Assembly: GCA_963804995.1 (NCBI GenBank)
Contig: CAWDSK010000006.1
Coordinates: 672,001 to 736,000 of the forward strand
Length of the DNA stretch: 64,000 bases
Source: an uncultured Acidobacteriota bacterium
Lineage (GTDB): Bacteria > Acidobacteriota > Terriglobia > UBA7540
Direction: 5' to 3'
The translations under genes and the position numbers were made by a program. The notes under the pieces are model-generated. The model saw only the letters and a program-made list of their open reading frames with translations, searched no databases and was not told where the DNA came from. Shown here piece by piece: positions 10,497 to 23,331 of the stretch (positions within the stretch are counted from its first letter, which is position 1; each line of letters begins with the position of its first letter).

Positions 10497-10512
10497 CCCA
10501 TAAAGGAGAGAT

Positions 10513-10932
10513 ATGGCAACCCAACGCACGCTGACCATCATCAAACCCGACGCCGTCGCCGCCGGGCACATTGGCGACATCATCAAAATCCTCGAGTCTA
10601 ACCAGTTCAAGATCGTCGCGGCGCGCCTGGTGAATCTCAGCAAGAAGGAAGCCGAGGGCTTCTATGCCGTTCACCGCAGCAAAGGTTTTTTTGAGAGCCT
10701 GACCGGCTTCATGAGCTCAGGCAGCGCGCTGGTAATGGTTCTGGAAGGCGAGAACATCATCGCCCGCCTGCGCGAAGTGATGGGCGCAACCAATCCCGCC
10801 AATGCCGCACCGGGAACGATCCGCAAGCTCTACGCCACCAACATTGAGCGCAACTGCGTGCATGGCTCCGACGCACCGGAAACCGCCGCCTACGAAATCG
10901 GCTACTTCTTCCCGGGCATTGCTCTCGTTTAG
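10513..10932 (+). CDS. ndk: Nucleoside-diphosphate kinase
   Basis: [28 protein letters not shown]. Confidence 0.95.
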   Translation: MATQRTLTIIKPDAVAAGHIGDIIKILESNQFKIVAARLVNLSKKEAEGFYAVHRSKGFFESLTGFMSSGSALVMVLEGENIIARLREVMGATNPANAAPGTIRKLYATNIERNCVHGSDAPETAAYEIGYFFPGIALV

Positions 10933-11112
10933 CGACAATCAAGAATACACCGCAGAGGCGCTGAGCCGCTGAGACTGAAAAGAAAGGATGCAAGATTCAG
11001 GCCATAATTCCTGAATCCTGTGCCCCTGCGCTGAGCCTCCGCGTCTCTGCGGTGACAAGCAGCTTGTTCCCGCGCTTGACAACCGCACGCCCCCCGGCGA
11101 CCATAAAAGAGG

Positions 11113-11358
11113 ATGAGCAGCGCGCTTCCTTTTCAATTAGGACGGTTTCTGGTGGTTGCGGGCGTAGCCCTGGTGGCGCTGGGGCTGCTCCTCATGGCGG
11201 GATCAAAGTTCTCGTTCCTCGGCCTCGGGCGGCTTCCCGGAGATCTTGCCTACAAGGGAAAGAACTTCCAATTCTATTTTCCGATCGTGACCTGCCTGGT
11301 GCTGAGCGCGGTCGTGACGCTGCTCCTGTGGGCGGTTTCCTGGTCGACGCGGAAATAA
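11113..11358 (+). CDS. DUF2905-like small membrane protein
   Basis: LGRLPGD and FYFPIVTCLVLS motifs between two hydrophobic helices. Confidence 0.8.
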   Translation: MSSALPFQLGRFLVVAGVALVALGLLLMAGSKFSFLGLGRLPGDLAYKGKNFQFYFPIVTCLVLSAVVTLLLWAVSWSTRK

Positions 11359-11425
11359 AACAAGTTTTCAATTATCAGCGTTCTATCCCCTAGGTGCTCA
11401 ACTGAAAACTGACGACTGAGAACTG

Positions 11426-12796
11426 ATGACCTTTCCCATGTCCCAACCTTCTCTCAATTTCGGTCCCGTGCGGAAGATTTACAGTGTCACGGAACTGAGT
11501 CTCGAAATCCGCAACCTTCTGGAGAAGCAATTTCCCAACGTCTGGGTGACCGGCGAAGTGTCAAACTTGCGCGCCGCCGGCTCCGGTCATCTCTATTTCA
11601 CGCTCAAGGATGAATCCGCCCAACTCCGCGCCGTGTGCTTTCGCAATCAGGTACGGTATTTGAAATTCAAGCCGCAGGACGGACTGGCAGTGATTGCGCG
11701 CGGGCGATTGGGCGTATACGAAACGCGCGGTGAATACCAGCTTTACGTCGAGTTCCTGGAGCCGGCGGGCCTGGGAGCGCTGCAGCTCGCCTTTGAGCAA
11801 CTGAAACAAAAGCTCGCAGCGGAAGGTTTGTTTGACTCAGCGCGCAAGAAGCCTCTCCCCGTGCTGCCGCACAGGATCGGCGTAGTCACTTCACCCACCG
11901 GCGCCGTCATCCAGGATATTCTGCGCATTCTGCGCCGGCGCTTCCGCAATATGAATGTGCTGCTCTATCCCGTGAAGGTTCAGGGCGAGGGCGCGGCCGA
12001 GGAAATCGCGCAGGGCATCGAGCACTTCAACCGCCGCGCGCCGGTTGAAGTGATGATCGTGGGACGGGGCGGCGGCTCGATGGAAGACCTGTGGGCGTTC
12101 AATGAGGAGGTGGTGGCGCGAGCCATTGCCGCTTCGCGGATTCCCATCATCTCTGCCGTGGGCCACGAAACGGATTTCACCATCGCGGATTTCGTGGCCG
12201 ACTTGCGTGCGCCTACACCGTCAGCGGCAGCCGAACTCGTCGTGCACCGCAAGCAGGATTTCGTTGCCGACATTGAGAACCGCGTACGCCGCATGGCGCA
12301 GATCTTGCGTTTGCGGCTTTCCCAAGCGCGCCAGGCGCTGACCGAACTGAGGATGAACCAGGTTTTCCAGACCCTCGCGACGCGCCTCGCTGAGCAGGCT
12401 CAGCGCGTGGACGAAGCCGTGGCTGCGCTCGACCGCCTGATGCGCTCGAGCCTGCACACGGCGCGGCAGGAATGGCTGCGCGTGTCGGCGGGCGTGGTGC
12501 GCTACGACTTCCGGCGCCTGCTCAACCTGCGGCGCGCCAAGCTCGCCGAACGCGAGCGTCTCTTCGAAAACGATTTCCGGCGATTCCTTACGGAGAGGCG
12601 CAATCGCCTGGTGCAGATCGAGGCGATATTGAAAGAACGCAGTCCACAGAGGATTCTCGAACGGGGCTACTCGATCACGCGCGACGCGGAAGGAAGAATC
12701 GTACGGGACGCCGCGCAGGTGGCGATTGGGGCGGATGTTTCCATTCGCCTCGCCCGGGGTGAGCTGGGAGCGAGCGTCAAAGACCGGAAGTTGTAG
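11426..12796 (+). CDS. xseA: Exodeoxyribonuclease VII large subunit
   Basis: [50 protein letters not shown]. Confidence 0.95.
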   Translation: MTFPMSQPSLNFGPVRKIYSVTELSLEIRNLLEKQFPNVWVTGEVSNLRAAGSGHLYFTLKDESAQLRAVCFRNQVRYLKFKPQDGLAVIARGRLGVYETRGEYQLYVEFLEPAGLGALQLAFEQLKQKLAAEGLFDSARKKPLPVLPHRIGVVTSPTGAVIQDILRILRRRFRNMNVLLYPVKVQGEGAAEEIAQGIEHFNRRAPVEVMIVGRGGGSMEDLWAFNEEVVARAIAASRIPIISAVGHETDFTIADFVADLRAPTPSAAAELVVHRKQDFVADIENRVRRMAQILRLRLSQARQALTELRMNQVFQTLATRLAEQAQRVDEAVAALDRLMRSSLHTARQEWLRVSAGVVRYDFRRLLNLRRAKLAERERLFENDFRRFLTERRNRLVQIEAILKERSPQRILERGYSITRDAEGRIVRDAAQVAIGADVSIRLARGELGASVKDRKL

Positions 12797-12804
12797 GGAA
12801 TCCC

Positions 12805-13797
12805 CTACTTGCCCTTCTTAGCAAGCGCCAACTGCATGCGGACGCGGCGGGCATCCGCAAAGCGAGTTAACTTACCGTCAGCATCCAGAAAAATCATAAT
12901 CACGGGCCGGTCGTCCAGATTTACCCGCATCACCAGGCAGCGGCCCGCCTCATTGGTGAATCCCGTCTTCTGAATCTGAATGTCCCAATCGGGACGGCCC
13001 ACCAGCCGGTTGGAGTTGACGTAGGGGAGGACATGCTTGCCAATCTGCACGTCCCGCCCCGGGTCCGTCGAAAACTCCCGAATGAGGGGATACTGAAAAG
13101 CGGCTTGAACGAGTTTGACCAGGTCGAAAGCGGTCGACACATTTTCGTTAGTAAGACCGTTGGGGTTAACGAAATGCGTATGACTCATCCCCAAATCAGC
13201 GGCCTTCGCGTTCATGGCCGCGATAAAAGCCGGGCGCCCGCCGGTGTAATAGCGGCTCAGGGTGGCGGCGGCGCGATTTTCCGATGACATCAGCGCCAGG
13301 TGCAGCATATCTTCGCGGCTGAGCGACCACCCGACATTGAGGCGGGAGGTCGTCCCCATCACCTTGTCGCGGTCGTCATCGCTGATCGTGAGCGTCTCCT
13401 CCAGGGGCTGCTTCGCGTCCAGCGCGACCATCGCGGTCATCAACTTGGTGATGGAAGCGATGGGAACAACCTTGTCCGCATTCTTCTCGAGCAGCACTTC
13501 AGAAGTGTTGGCGTCTTCCACCAACGCGATTCTCGATCGCACCACCGGGGCAGACTGTGCCGCGTGTGGGTGAGAAGGCTTGGTCGTGGGCAGCGTCGTG
13601 GAGGCCGGGTGAGCAGGAGAGGTCGGCGCTGCTATCCGCGCGGTATCAGCGCTTTGGGCAGCGGGCGCGAGTCCGGGAGCGGCATACGCATCATGACAAG
13701 AAAAAGTGAGCTGAAAACCCGCCAGAGTAATCCAAGCGGCGGCAAGCGATGCGCAGATGCGTTGGGCCCAATGCATGTTTCGCGAAGCAGAAACCAT
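12805..13797 (-). CDS. pbpG: D-alanyl-D-alanine endopeptidase (PBP7-like, peptidase S11)
   Basis: SITK (SxxK), SEN (SxN), KTG; signal peptide; KLTRFADARR C-terminus. Confidence 0.8.
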   Translation of the reverse strand: MVSASRNMHWAQRICASLAAAWITLAGFQLTFSCHDAYAAPGLAPAAQSADTARIAAPTSPAHPASTTLPTTKPSHPHAAQSAPVVRSRIALVEDANTSEVLLEKNADKVVPIASITKLMTAMVALDAKQPLEETLTISDDDRDKVMGTTSRLNVGWSLSREDMLHLALMSSENRAAATLSRYYTGGRPAFIAAMNAKAADLGMSHTHFVNPNGLTNENVSTAFDLVKLVQAAFQYPLIREFSTDPGRDVQIGKHVLPYVNSNRLVGRPDWDIQIQKTGFTNEAGRCLVMRVNLDDRPVIMIFLDADGKLTRFADARRVRMQLALAKKGK

Positions 13798-14225
13798 TCT
13801 ACATCACGAAACCGGTTGCCCGCGCACGGAAACTCTGCCTTGCCAGCCCATTCAGGCTTTATATTTCAGCAAGAATTTTGTGCCGGTATTCCGGAAGTAT
13901 GTTTAGCTCGGGGGCTTGCGGCTCAACCGTGCGGCTCTGCCTGCTTCGAGACTCTGATGTCTCATTCTGGCGAGAATTGGGGTGAGTTCCGGAAGGGCAA
14001 ATCGCTACTTCCGGCTCGAAGGGGGGCGTGGAATTCGGGCTCAGCATGGCGTGCTCTCCGCCTCAACTTTTGTAGGCCCGCGACTTCTTGTCATGGTGGG
14101 ACATGTCCCACTTGTTACCCTCCGCGGGGCATAGCGAGCCAGGTCCCACCAACTTTCCCCGCCGCCCGGCATTTTCATCCTCAGATTTGTACTAGTGATT
14201 TCGTCAAGTTTGACCTACAAAAGCC

Positions 14226-15113
14226 TCAGGCGCGCTGCTTCCCTCGCACGCCAGTGCTCGGGAGCTTCACTGCTGGGGCCGGCGCCGCTTCCGGAGGTGC
14301 AGCATTCGTCCGCGCGCCGCTGAGCCTGATGACCGCAGCGGCAGCGGTGTATCGGACGGTGTCTTTTTCATCGGTCAATCCCCCTTGAATCTCATTCAGA
14401 AGAGCGGGGTCACCGCGCCGCGCAATCGCATCCAACGCCGCTGCACGGACAACCCAACTTTTATCGGAGCAGGATTTCACAAGCGCACGCCCGCTGCGAG
14501 GGTCGGGGTCCTCAGCCAGAACCTTGGCCGCGGCGGCTCGCACCGGCGAGACGTCATCCTTGTGAACAGCTTTCACAACTTCCCATCCCATGCTGGCGAA
14601 GGGCACAAATCCGATGCCCTCCTCAAATCCTAGCTGCGCTAACTTTTTTCGGTCGCGCAATATTTTCTCCTGATCCGCTATCAGGCCTGGTCCGCTTTTG
14701 CGTTCGCCCAGCAGAATCTCGTAATAAAGTTCGAACGCCTCTTTATCCTGAATGGTCCGCAGGGAGTGAGCGGCCGCCAGCGCCACGGATACTTCCTTGT
14801 CGTTGAGCATGTGCTCGAGCTTCGGGGCTGATGAAGTCGATTGCATCTGCCCCAGCGCTGTTGCCGCCGCCACGCGGACTTCCGGCGCCGGATCGGCAAG
14901 GGCGTTTTCAGCCATGTCCACGGCCTTGGCGTCGCCCGGCAGCAGCCCTAGTACTTGAATGGCTTGGGAGCGCTTGGCAAAAGCCTTTTCCTTCGCGCCT
15001 GCATCGAGGATATCCCAGGCCTTCTGCTGTACCGTCGGATCGACTGCGGAGGCCGAACCCGCAAGAAGCGCAGTGAACAGCACGGCGAAACAGATTCGCG
15101 TAGGAGGCTGCAT
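14226..15113 (-). CDS. Secreted HEAT-repeat protein
   Basis: Signal peptide; repeated units of the form [30 protein letters not shown]. Confidence 0.8.
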   Translation of the reverse strand: MQPPTRICFAVLFTALLAGSASAVDPTVQQKAWDILDAGAKEKAFAKRSQAIQVLGLLPGDAKAVDMAENALADPAPEVRVAAATALGQMQSTSSAPKLEHMLNDKEVSVALAAAHSLRTIQDKEAFELYYEILLGERKSGPGLIADQEKILRDRKKLAQLGFEEGIGFVPFASMGWEVVKAVHKDDVSPVRAAAAKVLAEDPDPRSGRALVKSCSDKSWVVRAAALDAIARRGDPALLNEIQGGLTDEKDTVRYTAAAAVIRLSGARTNAAPPEAAPAPAVKLPSTGVRGKQRA

Positions 15114-15330
15114 AGTTATAGGGTTTCCTTCCCCGAAAGGATCTCTACTATTGTCGCTCAACTTCCAAGAGAAATCCACTCCTACAGCGATCGCACACTT
15201 CTCCCAGCAGCCTTCCGAGGGTTCGAGATTGCGTTGCTTTCGCGGAAGGCAACCCGTAAACTTCAAGCTCTGGCAATTTACACGCCACAGCAGACAAGCG
15301 ATCAAAACAACGTGGGAGGGAACGTCTTTA

Positions 15331-16356
15331 ATGAAAGCACTCGTTAAGAGCAAGAGAGAACCAGGACTCTGGTTGGACGAAATCGAAGTCCCCAAAATCG
15401 GCATCAACGACGTGTTGATCCGCGTACACCGCACCGGAATCTGCGGCACGGACCTCCACATCTACCGCTGGGATGACTGGGCGCAGAAAACCATTCCCGT
15501 TCCCATGGCGATTGGGCATGAATTCGTAGGTGAAATAGTTGAAGTGGGCGCGAATGTCTCCGACTTCTTCCCGGGCGACATTGTGAGTGGTGAAGGCCAC
15601 GTGGTGTGTGGGCGGTGCCGGAACTGCCTGGCGGGCCGTCGTCACCTCTGCGCTCGAACGGCAGGGGTGGGCGTTAACAGGCCCGGAGCGTTCGCCGAGT
15701 ATATCGCTTTGCCCATGACCAACCTCTGGCGCCATCACCCGTCCATCGGAGAGGACATTGGCGCGATCTTTGACCCCTTCGGGAACGCCGTCCACACGGC
15801 GCTTGCCTTCCCGGTGCTGGGCGAGGATGTACTCATTACTGGCGCGGGCCCCATCGGCTTGATGGCGGCGGCAGTGGTGAAACATGCTGGCGCCCGCTTC
15901 GTGGTGATTACGGACGTCAATCCCTTCCGGCTTGAGATTGCCAAGAAGTTGGGCGTAACGGTGGCGCTGGATGTGCGGGAAGGCAATCTCCGCGATGTGC
16001 AGAAGAAACTGGGAATGGCCGAGGGCTTCGACGTAGGCCTCGAAATGTCTGGTAACGCGGCCGGGTTCCGGGACATGCTTGCCAATATGTGCCATGGAGC
16101 AAAGATCGCCATGCTTGGCATTCCCACAGCGGAAGTGGCGATCGATTGGAATACCGTTATCTTTAATATGCTTACCATAAGAGGTATTTATGGACGCGAG
16201 ATGTATGACACTTGGTATAAGATGACAGTGATGGTACAATCCGGGCTGGATATTTCCCCCGTCATCACTCACCGCTTCCATTATGAAGAATTCCGGAAAG
16301 GCTTTGAGATCATGGACACCGGCCAGTCTGCCAAGGTCATTCTGAACTGGACCTAA
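15331..16356 (+). CDS. tdh: L-threonine 3-dehydrogenase
   Basis: [54 protein letters not shown]. Confidence 0.92.
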   Translation: MKALVKSKREPGLWLDEIEVPKIGINDVLIRVHRTGICGTDLHIYRWDDWAQKTIPVPMAIGHEFVGEIVEVGANVSDFFPGDIVSGEGHVVCGRCRNCLAGRRHLCARTAGVGVNRPGAFAEYIALPMTNLWRHHPSIGEDIGAIFDPFGNAVHTALAFPVLGEDVLITGAGPIGLMAAAVVKHAGARFVVITDVNPFRLEIAKKLGVTVALDVREGNLRDVQKKLGMAEGFDVGLEMSGNAAGFRDMLANMCHGAKIAMLGIPTAEVAIDWNTVIFNMLTIRGIYGREMYDTWYKMTVMVQSGLDISPVITHRFHYEEFRKGFEIMDTGQSAKVILNWT

Positions 16357-16429
16357 ACTCCGCCTCTTACGAGCTCTGCCGGGGCAGTAAGAACAAAGCA
16401 CGAGGGCGAGTTCAAGCCTCCCCAAACCA

Positions 16430-17251
16430 ATGCCGATGCCCATTCCACAAGCGAGCGATATCACGGCTGTGATCAGTAACATTCCCTACCGGTTGGCTCT
16501 GGCAGGAGGCTGGATCGACCAGCCGTTTGTTTCCATGCACAACCCCACTCCGCCGGGATCGATGGTGGTGGTGGGGATCGAGCCCACCTTCCGCTTCATG
16601 GACCGAAGTGGCATGGCGACCAGCACGCGTGAAGTCGCGCGGAAACTGTGGAGTGGTGCGTTGCCCGAACAAGACCCGCGGGAGTTGGTTCGCATCCTGT
16701 ACGAAGCGGAGAATCAAGGCAAGGCCGCACCTTCCGGCTCGCAGGACATGCTGGGCCTGATTATTCCCGGCATCAGCCGCCTCAACTACGATTTCGCCTG
16801 CGAGGGCGGTTACTTCCCTGCACACATCGAAACCAACCATGACCCTGCGGTCGCCCATTGGCTGGAGGGCGTCCTGCATCTTCTCCCCGTCGCCCCGCGC
16901 CCAGAGCGTTATAGTCCACTCAACGAGAAGCGTTTGGATAAGGATTGGATCCGCCGCCTGGGCCAATCCGGAAAAGATTGTTACGCAGCGATCCTGGCAA
17001 AGGACGCGGGCGCGCTCGGCGCGTCCCTGAACGAATGCATGAAATGCTGGGAGGCTATCCTTCCCTGCACCGTCCGGCATCCGGCAATCACCGTCGACTT
17101 GATGGCGATTCTTGCCTATTACCAATCCCGTTATGCAGGCGCGATGTACTCCGGCTGCGGTGGCGGATACCTTTACGTAGTGTCGGAGGAACCCGTCGCC
17201 GGTTCGATTCGTGTACAAGTCAGGCTCGCTCCGGCAAGCGGCAAAGAATGA
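16430..17251 (+). CDS. GHMP-kinase-like protein
   Basis: PYRLALAGGWID, RSGMATS, GSQD and YSGCGGGY match GHMP sugar-kinase motif layout. Confidence 0.7.
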   Translation: MPMPIPQASDITAVISNIPYRLALAGGWIDQPFVSMHNPTPPGSMVVVGIEPTFRFMDRSGMATSTREVARKLWSGALPEQDPRELVRILYEAENQGKAAPSGSQDMLGLIIPGISRLNYDFACEGGYFPAHIETNHDPAVAHWLEGVLHLLPVAPRPERYSPLNEKRLDKDWIRRLGQSGKDCYAAILAKDAGALGASLNECMKCWEAILPCTVRHPAITVDLMAILAYYQSRYAGAMYSGCGGGYLYVVSEEPVAGSIRVQVRLAPASGKE

Positions 17252-18069
17252 AAATCGTCGCGGTTACTGGAAGTTTTGACAACCTGCGGTCGAAAGCTGT
17301 CCGATTTTCTCAGGAGGCCTCGAAGGGGGGAGATCTGCACGTAGGATTGTGGTCAGATGAAACCGTGCAAGCCATCGAAGGCAAATGCCCGAAATTCCCG
17401 GAGCGAGAACGATTGTATCTCTTGCAGGCCCTGCGCTACGTCCACCAGGTGACGGTTGTGCGGGGAACCATCGAGCGCGAGGTGCTGTCGCAGCTTGATG
17501 CCCTCCGACCCGACCTTTGGATTGTGGATGAGGCCAGCGACACACCCGCCAAGCGCGAACACGCAAAAGCCCGAGGCCTTCAATATCGTGTAATGAGGGA
17601 CGAAGAATTGGGAGGGCTTCCTGTGCCGCCGTTCGAGCCGCCAGCGACTGATTCAGGACGAAAGCGCGTGATCGTAACGGGCTCGTTTGACTGGTTGCAT
17701 TCCGGGCACGTGAGGTTCTTCGAGGAGGCTTCCGCGTTCGGTAAACTGTATGTTGTGGTGGGGCACGACGCAAACATCAAGCTCCTAAAAGGTCAAGGTC
17801 ACCCCCTGCTTCCGCCGGACGAACGCCTCTACATGGTTCACTCAATTCGCCACGTCCATCAGGCAGTGATTTCAACGGGGCAAGGATGGATGGATGCGGA
17901 ACCGAACATCTACCGGATCAAACCTCACATCTATGTGGTGAATGAAGATGGCGACAGACCTGAAAAGAGAGCATTCTGCGCCGAGCACGCCATCGAATAC
18001 GTGGTGCTGAAACGAATACCCAAGGAAGGCCTTCCGAAAAGGCAAAGCACCGATCTGCGCGGGTTCTGA
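17248..18069 (+). CDS. Adenylyl/cytidylyltransferase-family protein with two tandem domains
   Basis: TGSFDNLRS (no HxGH) and TGSFDWLHSGH; ATGA overlap with upstream gene. Confidence 0.8.
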   Translation: MKIVAVTGSFDNLRSKAVRFSQEASKGGDLHVGLWSDETVQAIEGKCPKFPERERLYLLQALRYVHQVTVVRGTIEREVLSQLDALRPDLWIVDEASDTPAKREHAKARGLQYRVMRDEELGGLPVPPFEPPATDSGRKRVIVTGSFDWLHSGHVRFFEEASAFGKLYVVVGHDANIKLLKGQGHPLLPPDERLYMVHSIRHVHQAVISTGQGWMDAEPNIYRIKPHIYVVNEDGDRPEKRAFCAEHAIEYVVLKRIPKEGLPKRQSTDLRGF

Positions 18070-18080
18070 TTGGAGACAAC

Positions 18081-19562
18081 TCAGGCCAGGACCTTATCAA
18101 AAACTTCTCCGGCCACATCCGTGAGCCGGAAATAGCGTCCCTGAAACTTATAGGTCAGCCGGGTGTGCTCGATTCCCAGACAATGCAATATGGTCGCTTG
18201 CAAATCGTGAATGTGGACGGGATCTTCGAGGGAGTTGTAAGAGTAGTCGTCGGTCTTGCCAATCTGGATGCCAGGCTTGATACCGCCGCCGGCCATCCAC
18301 ACCGAAAAGCAGCGGGGATGGTGATCGCGGCCATAGTTCGTATCGGTGAGTTTGCCCTGGCAATAGACGGTCCGGCCAAACTCGCCACCCCAGATTACCA
18401 GCGTGTCGTCGAGCATGCCGCGCTGTTTCAAGTCAATGATCAAGGCAGCGGAAGCCTGGTCGACACCCTTGCATTGCAGGGCGATGTCACGCGGCAAGTC
18501 GTTATGCTGGTCCCAGCCGCGATGATAAAGCTGGATAAAGCGTACGCCCCGCTCCGCCAGTCGCCGCGCCAGCAAACAGTTGGCGGCGTAGGTACCGGGC
18601 TTGCGTGAATCGGGCCCGTACAGCTCGAAGATGGACGCCGGTTCTTTCGCGAGGTCCATCAAATCCGGCACGGAGGTCTGCATGCGATAAGCCATCTCGT
18701 ACTGGGCCACGCGGGTGTCAATTTCCGGGTCACCATACTTCTCCGCCAGCAGGCGGTTCAGCTTGCCGACGCCGTCCAACATGCGCCGCCGCGTGGCGGG
18801 AGATATGCCGGGCGGGTTCGAGAGATAAAGCACGGGGTCGCCGCCCGCGCGAAATTTCACCCCCTGATATTTGGAGGGCAGGAAACCATTCCCCCACAAA
18901 CGCGAGAACAGCGGCTGGTCAGGATTGAGGGCCTGAGCTTGGGAAATCATGACCACGAAGGCGGGCAGGTTCTGATTCTCGCTGCCCAGGCCGTAGCTGA
19001 CCCACGCTCCCATGCTGGGGCGCCCGGGCTGCTGGAAGCCGGTTTAAATGAAAGTAATTGCAGGATCGTGATTAATTGCCTCAGTGTAGACGGTCTTGAT
19101 GAGGGCAATATCATCGACAATCTTTGCGTGGTGCGGCAGCAGTTCGCTGAGCATCACGCCGGACTTCCCTGCCGGGCTGAATTTGAAAATGGAGGGCGCG
19201 ACCGGCAAAGTCGATTGGCCGGATGTCATTCCCGTGATGCGTTGGCCCATGCGGATCGAATCCGGCAGGTCCGTGCCCTTCCATTTCGTAAGACTCGGCT
19301 TGGGGTCGAACAGGTCGATTTGCGATGGCGCGCCGGATTGATGCAGGAAAATGACCCGCTTGGCTTTGGGAGGGAAATGCGGCAAGCCGGCCAAACCTCC
19401 CGTCTTGGGATTAATTGCCGAGTCGGCGGCGAAGCCATCTCCCGCCAGCAGCGAGGCAAGCGCCGGAATGCCAATCGCCATGCCCGCGGTGCTGCGCCGG
19501 AAGAAATGGCGCCGGGTCATGCGCAGGCAGAGATCGTGAGGGGTCATGTTTGTTTTATCCAT
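18081..19562 (-). pseudogene. DUF1501 (sulfatase-like) protein with internal TAA at 19044-19046
   Basis: RRHFF Tat, APSQIDLFDPKP, INHDPA, GWDQH, GGEFGRT, GRDHHP; both halves in one frame, reading [16 protein letters not shown]. Confidence 0.88.
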
Positions 19563-21316
19563 GGTGCGGCTAATAGCTGTCAGTTATCAGATGTTAGCTG
19601 ATAGCTTTTGGCTGAGAGCTGAGAGCTGACAGCTTCTTTTCCTCATTCTTTCGTAATCGTCTCATCAAGATTCAAAATCATGCTGGCCACAGTCGTCCAC
19701 GCGGCGAGTTCCTGTGGGTTGAGCTTCGGGTCGCTTCTGGAATCGCCGACGGCCAGCAGTTTCGGCGCTTGTTCGCGATGTAGGCGATAGTCCGCCAGGG
19801 CTTGCTGAACGGCCTCCACCAGCACCGCGCGTTCCTGGGAGTCAGGCTCCCGGCCCGTGGCCATGCGGAACGCAAAGTTAATCCGCTGGGTTGTAGATTT
19901 CCCGCCCTGGGTGAGTATCCTCGCCGCCAGAAAGCGCGCGGCTTCAACGTAGGTGGGATCATTCATCAGCACCAGCGCCTGGAGAGGCGTGTTGGTCGCG
20001 GTGCGGCGCGCTGTACATTTCTCGCGATCGGGCGCGTCAAAGGTAACCATTTGCGGGGGCGGCACGGTGCGTTTCCAAATCGTGTACATGCTGCGGCGGT
20101 AAAGGTCGCGCCCAGTTGATGGCACGTAAACTTGCCCGGTATAACCTTGGCCGAGAGCCATCTCCTCCCACAGACCCTTGGGCTGGTAGGGAGAAACGCT
20201 GGGCCCGCCAATGTGGTCATCCAGCAGGCCGCTGATGGCAAGGGCGTTATCGCGGACGAGTTCAGCGGGCAAGCGGAATCGCGGGCCGCGAGCCAACAGC
20301 CGATTCTCCGGATCACGCTCCGCCAGTTCAGGGGTCACGCGGGAGGACTGCCGATAGGTGGCCGAAGTCACAATCAGCCGCTGCATGGCTTTAACATTCC
20401 ATCCCGTGCGAATGAATTCCGTGGCCAGCCAATCAAGCAGTTGCGGGTGACTGGGCCGTTCCCCCTGGGAGCCGAAATCCTCCGCGGTCTTCACGATGCC
20501 GGTCCCGAAGTAGCTCTGCCAGAAATGATTCACCGCCACGCGCGCGGTCAGAGGATTTCCGGGATCCACGAACCACTTCGCCAGTCCCAACCGATTCATC
20601 GGCAGTCCAGGCGCCATAGGCGGCAGGAAGGCGGGCACATTAGGCGTGACCTTTTCCTGGCGGTTGTCGTACTGCCCACGGCCCAGCACAAACGTATCGC
20701 GCGGTTTCTTCATCTCCGCCATGATCATGACGGTGGGGATGGATTTTACGAGCTTGGCCTTTTCCTCGCGTGCGGTTTTCAGTTGCGCATAGAGCTGGCG
20801 GTCCTTCTGCGCCGCCCCATAAGTAAGGAAATACTCGCTCAGCCGGGTCTGGTGGCCTTCCTCCAGGCTCTTTTCGCTCTCTTCCTTGGTCTTGGCTTTT
20901 TCGAGCTCACCCACCTGGGGTTCTTCCGGCTCCTTCTCAGGCTGGAGCAGCGTGATGTGCTGGGCCGGCCGTCCTGCCAATTCTCCCAGCAGCGAGCGGG
21001 CCGGCACGCGGATGGCAATATCCTCAGCGTCGTGGTCGGTCAGGACGCGGTCGTAAACTCGCAAGTCATCCAAGCGGCCTTCGAAAGGTGTGCCCAGGTT
21101 CTTGTTGCCGACTTCCATTGTCGAGGAAGTCCGAAGACTTCCCGTCAGGTGGTCCTTCAAGATTTCCGCCTCCACCGGTTTGCCGTCAACATAGAAACTG
21201 ATGCCCGCGGCCTTTCCCGAGCCGTCGTAGTTAACCAGCAAATGGCGCTGCGAAACCGTCTCAATACGTTGCTTGGTTCGGACCTCAATCGCCTGATCGG
21301 GCCAGTGGCTGGCCAA

Positions 21317-23331
21317 CCGAACTTTCGCACTTCAGGGTGTTGAGTTGGGTTAACTCGCTTCTTTTCAGTACAGGCATTGCCAAGGTCTGGCCTACAAACG
21401 CAGCATTCCAGCAGGAAAGATTTCCGGCTGGACCGTGATCCTGGGCGGTGGCTGAGTGGGGAGCACGAGCTGCAGTTCGTGCAACAGGAGCTTTTGTTCG
21501 GGTGTCGGCTCGGTGTAGCGGGGCATCACTAATCGGCGCCCATCCGTGGTCGGGAAAGACACATCGAGCATCTGCATGCCCGCCAGCTTCTCCAGCACCG
21601 CTTTCGGCGTCAGGCCCGGAGCGTGGGCCTGCAGACGCTGTTTCAGCGTCACCCACAAGCCGTACGCCAGAAAGGCAATGAGGATGTGGGCCTCGACGCG
21701 ATGTTCTATTTGATGATAAATCGGCCGAATTCCCAGCTCACTCTTCAAACACTTAAAGGCCGCTTCGATCTGCGCCAGTTGCATGTAGCGGTCCCACAAC
21801 ACCTCGGGATTTTCCCCCGTCAGATTGGTGCGCAACAGATAATGTCCATCGCGCCGCTCCGCTTCCTCCAACTTGCTGCGCTCGAGCCGGAACTGGAAGG
21901 TCTGGCGAGTCACTTCTTCCTGGGCCTTGGGCACGCTGATCTTCACGAAACCGAAGGCCCGTCCGGCTTCACTCTTGGCTGCTCCGATCTTCATCAGCAA
22001 CGCATCACGCGTCGGACACACGCGCCGCAAGGCCCGCAGCCTCCACAACAGCCGTGCCAGCTTGCGTCGACGGATGGCCATCTCTTTCGCCTGGCGGCCT
22101 GCGCTCTTCGCCAGCACATACAACTCGCCTTCCTCCGCGAACAGTTTCACCTCTACCGACTCGCGCACCTTCCGCCACGGCAGTTCCGTCTACTTCGCTT
22201 CGTACTGCCGGATCTTGCCCCGTGGCGTCCCCACCAGGTAAAACATCTCCCGCCCCGGGGTGCGCATCTCCGCCAGCAGTTCTTCACTGGGAACTCCCCG
22301 ATCCATCATCCACACCCGCCGTGCCTTGCCGTACACGCTCTCGATCTTGTCCAGAAAACCGCGCAAGCTGTTCCGGTCGGAAGTATTCCCCTCCATCACT
22401 TCGTAGGCCAGCGGGAAACCTTCCGGCGTCAGCACCAGGGCGATCACCACCTGCCGACAGTCGAACCGCCCGTCCCGGCTGTAACCGTGGCGGGCTTTGG
22501 GAATCGCTTCCGCCTCTCCTTCCACATAGGTGCTGGTGAGATCGTAGAGGAGCAGATCAAAGCGCGCCGCAAAGAGGTCTTGCCACCGCAGCCGCAGGTG
22601 CTGGAACAACTCCGCCTTGTGCGCCAGTATTCGATCCAGACAACGATAGAGCCGGTCCTTCTCGGCCACCGCGAAGTTCACTGCCAGCAACTCGGCCATG
22701 GCGGTCTGATCGAACCAGTGCCGATGCACACGGAATTCGCTGCCCGGCTCGATCAACCGGTTCACCACCAGCAGCCGTAGCACCTTCTCCCACGGAACTC
22801 CCTCGCGCCCTTCCGGCAACCTCGCCTGCCAGAACTCGTCCAGCTTCAACTGGCGCCACAGCTCGCAGCCCAACCAACAGCCACCGAAGGTGCGCGGCCG
22901 CTCAACGCGCATTTCACTCAACTTCACTTGTACGCCGTCCACAGCATCCGCAGGAAGTTCGCGGTCCTCCGGGAAGAGGCTCAGGGACGCGAGGACGCGA
23001 CGGTCCTCGTCAAAAACCTCCAGCGTCTTGCGCCACGCGGATTGTTGGCTGTCGTTGATTTCGCCCAGATACAGCACCGTCCGATGCACGACCTTCGAGC
23101 GCGACACGCGCCGACTCTCGACGATGCTGAAATAACGATGTTCCTTGCCGTCCTTTTTGCGTCGATGAATCTTCAGGTGCACGCCCCAGAATGCCAGACC
23201 TTCGCGCCCCAGAAAAGAGGGTAGGTCGGGCCTACAAGCACTCTTCAACCCGCGCCCATTGAAGGCAAAGACCTTGTGCACCGCAAGCTGCCAAAATCAG
23301 CCCGGTAGCGGGTGGAAGTGCGAAAGGCAGG
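21317..23331 (-). mobile_element. IS1634-family element, copy 1 (2015 bp)
   Basis: IR core CTTTCGCACTTC at both ends; CCAA direct repeat at 21313-21316 and 23332-23335. Confidence 0.88.
21392..23182 (-). pseudogene. IS1634-family transposase with TGG>TAG at 22190-22192
   Basis: Translations match copy 2 apart from W>stop. Confidence 0.9.

Noticed and set aside
19044..22192. Stop-codon recoding (TAA at 19044, TAG at 22190)
   Set aside because: The second IS copy has TGG, and TAA/TAG terminate many normal genes here; point changes are the simpler explanation
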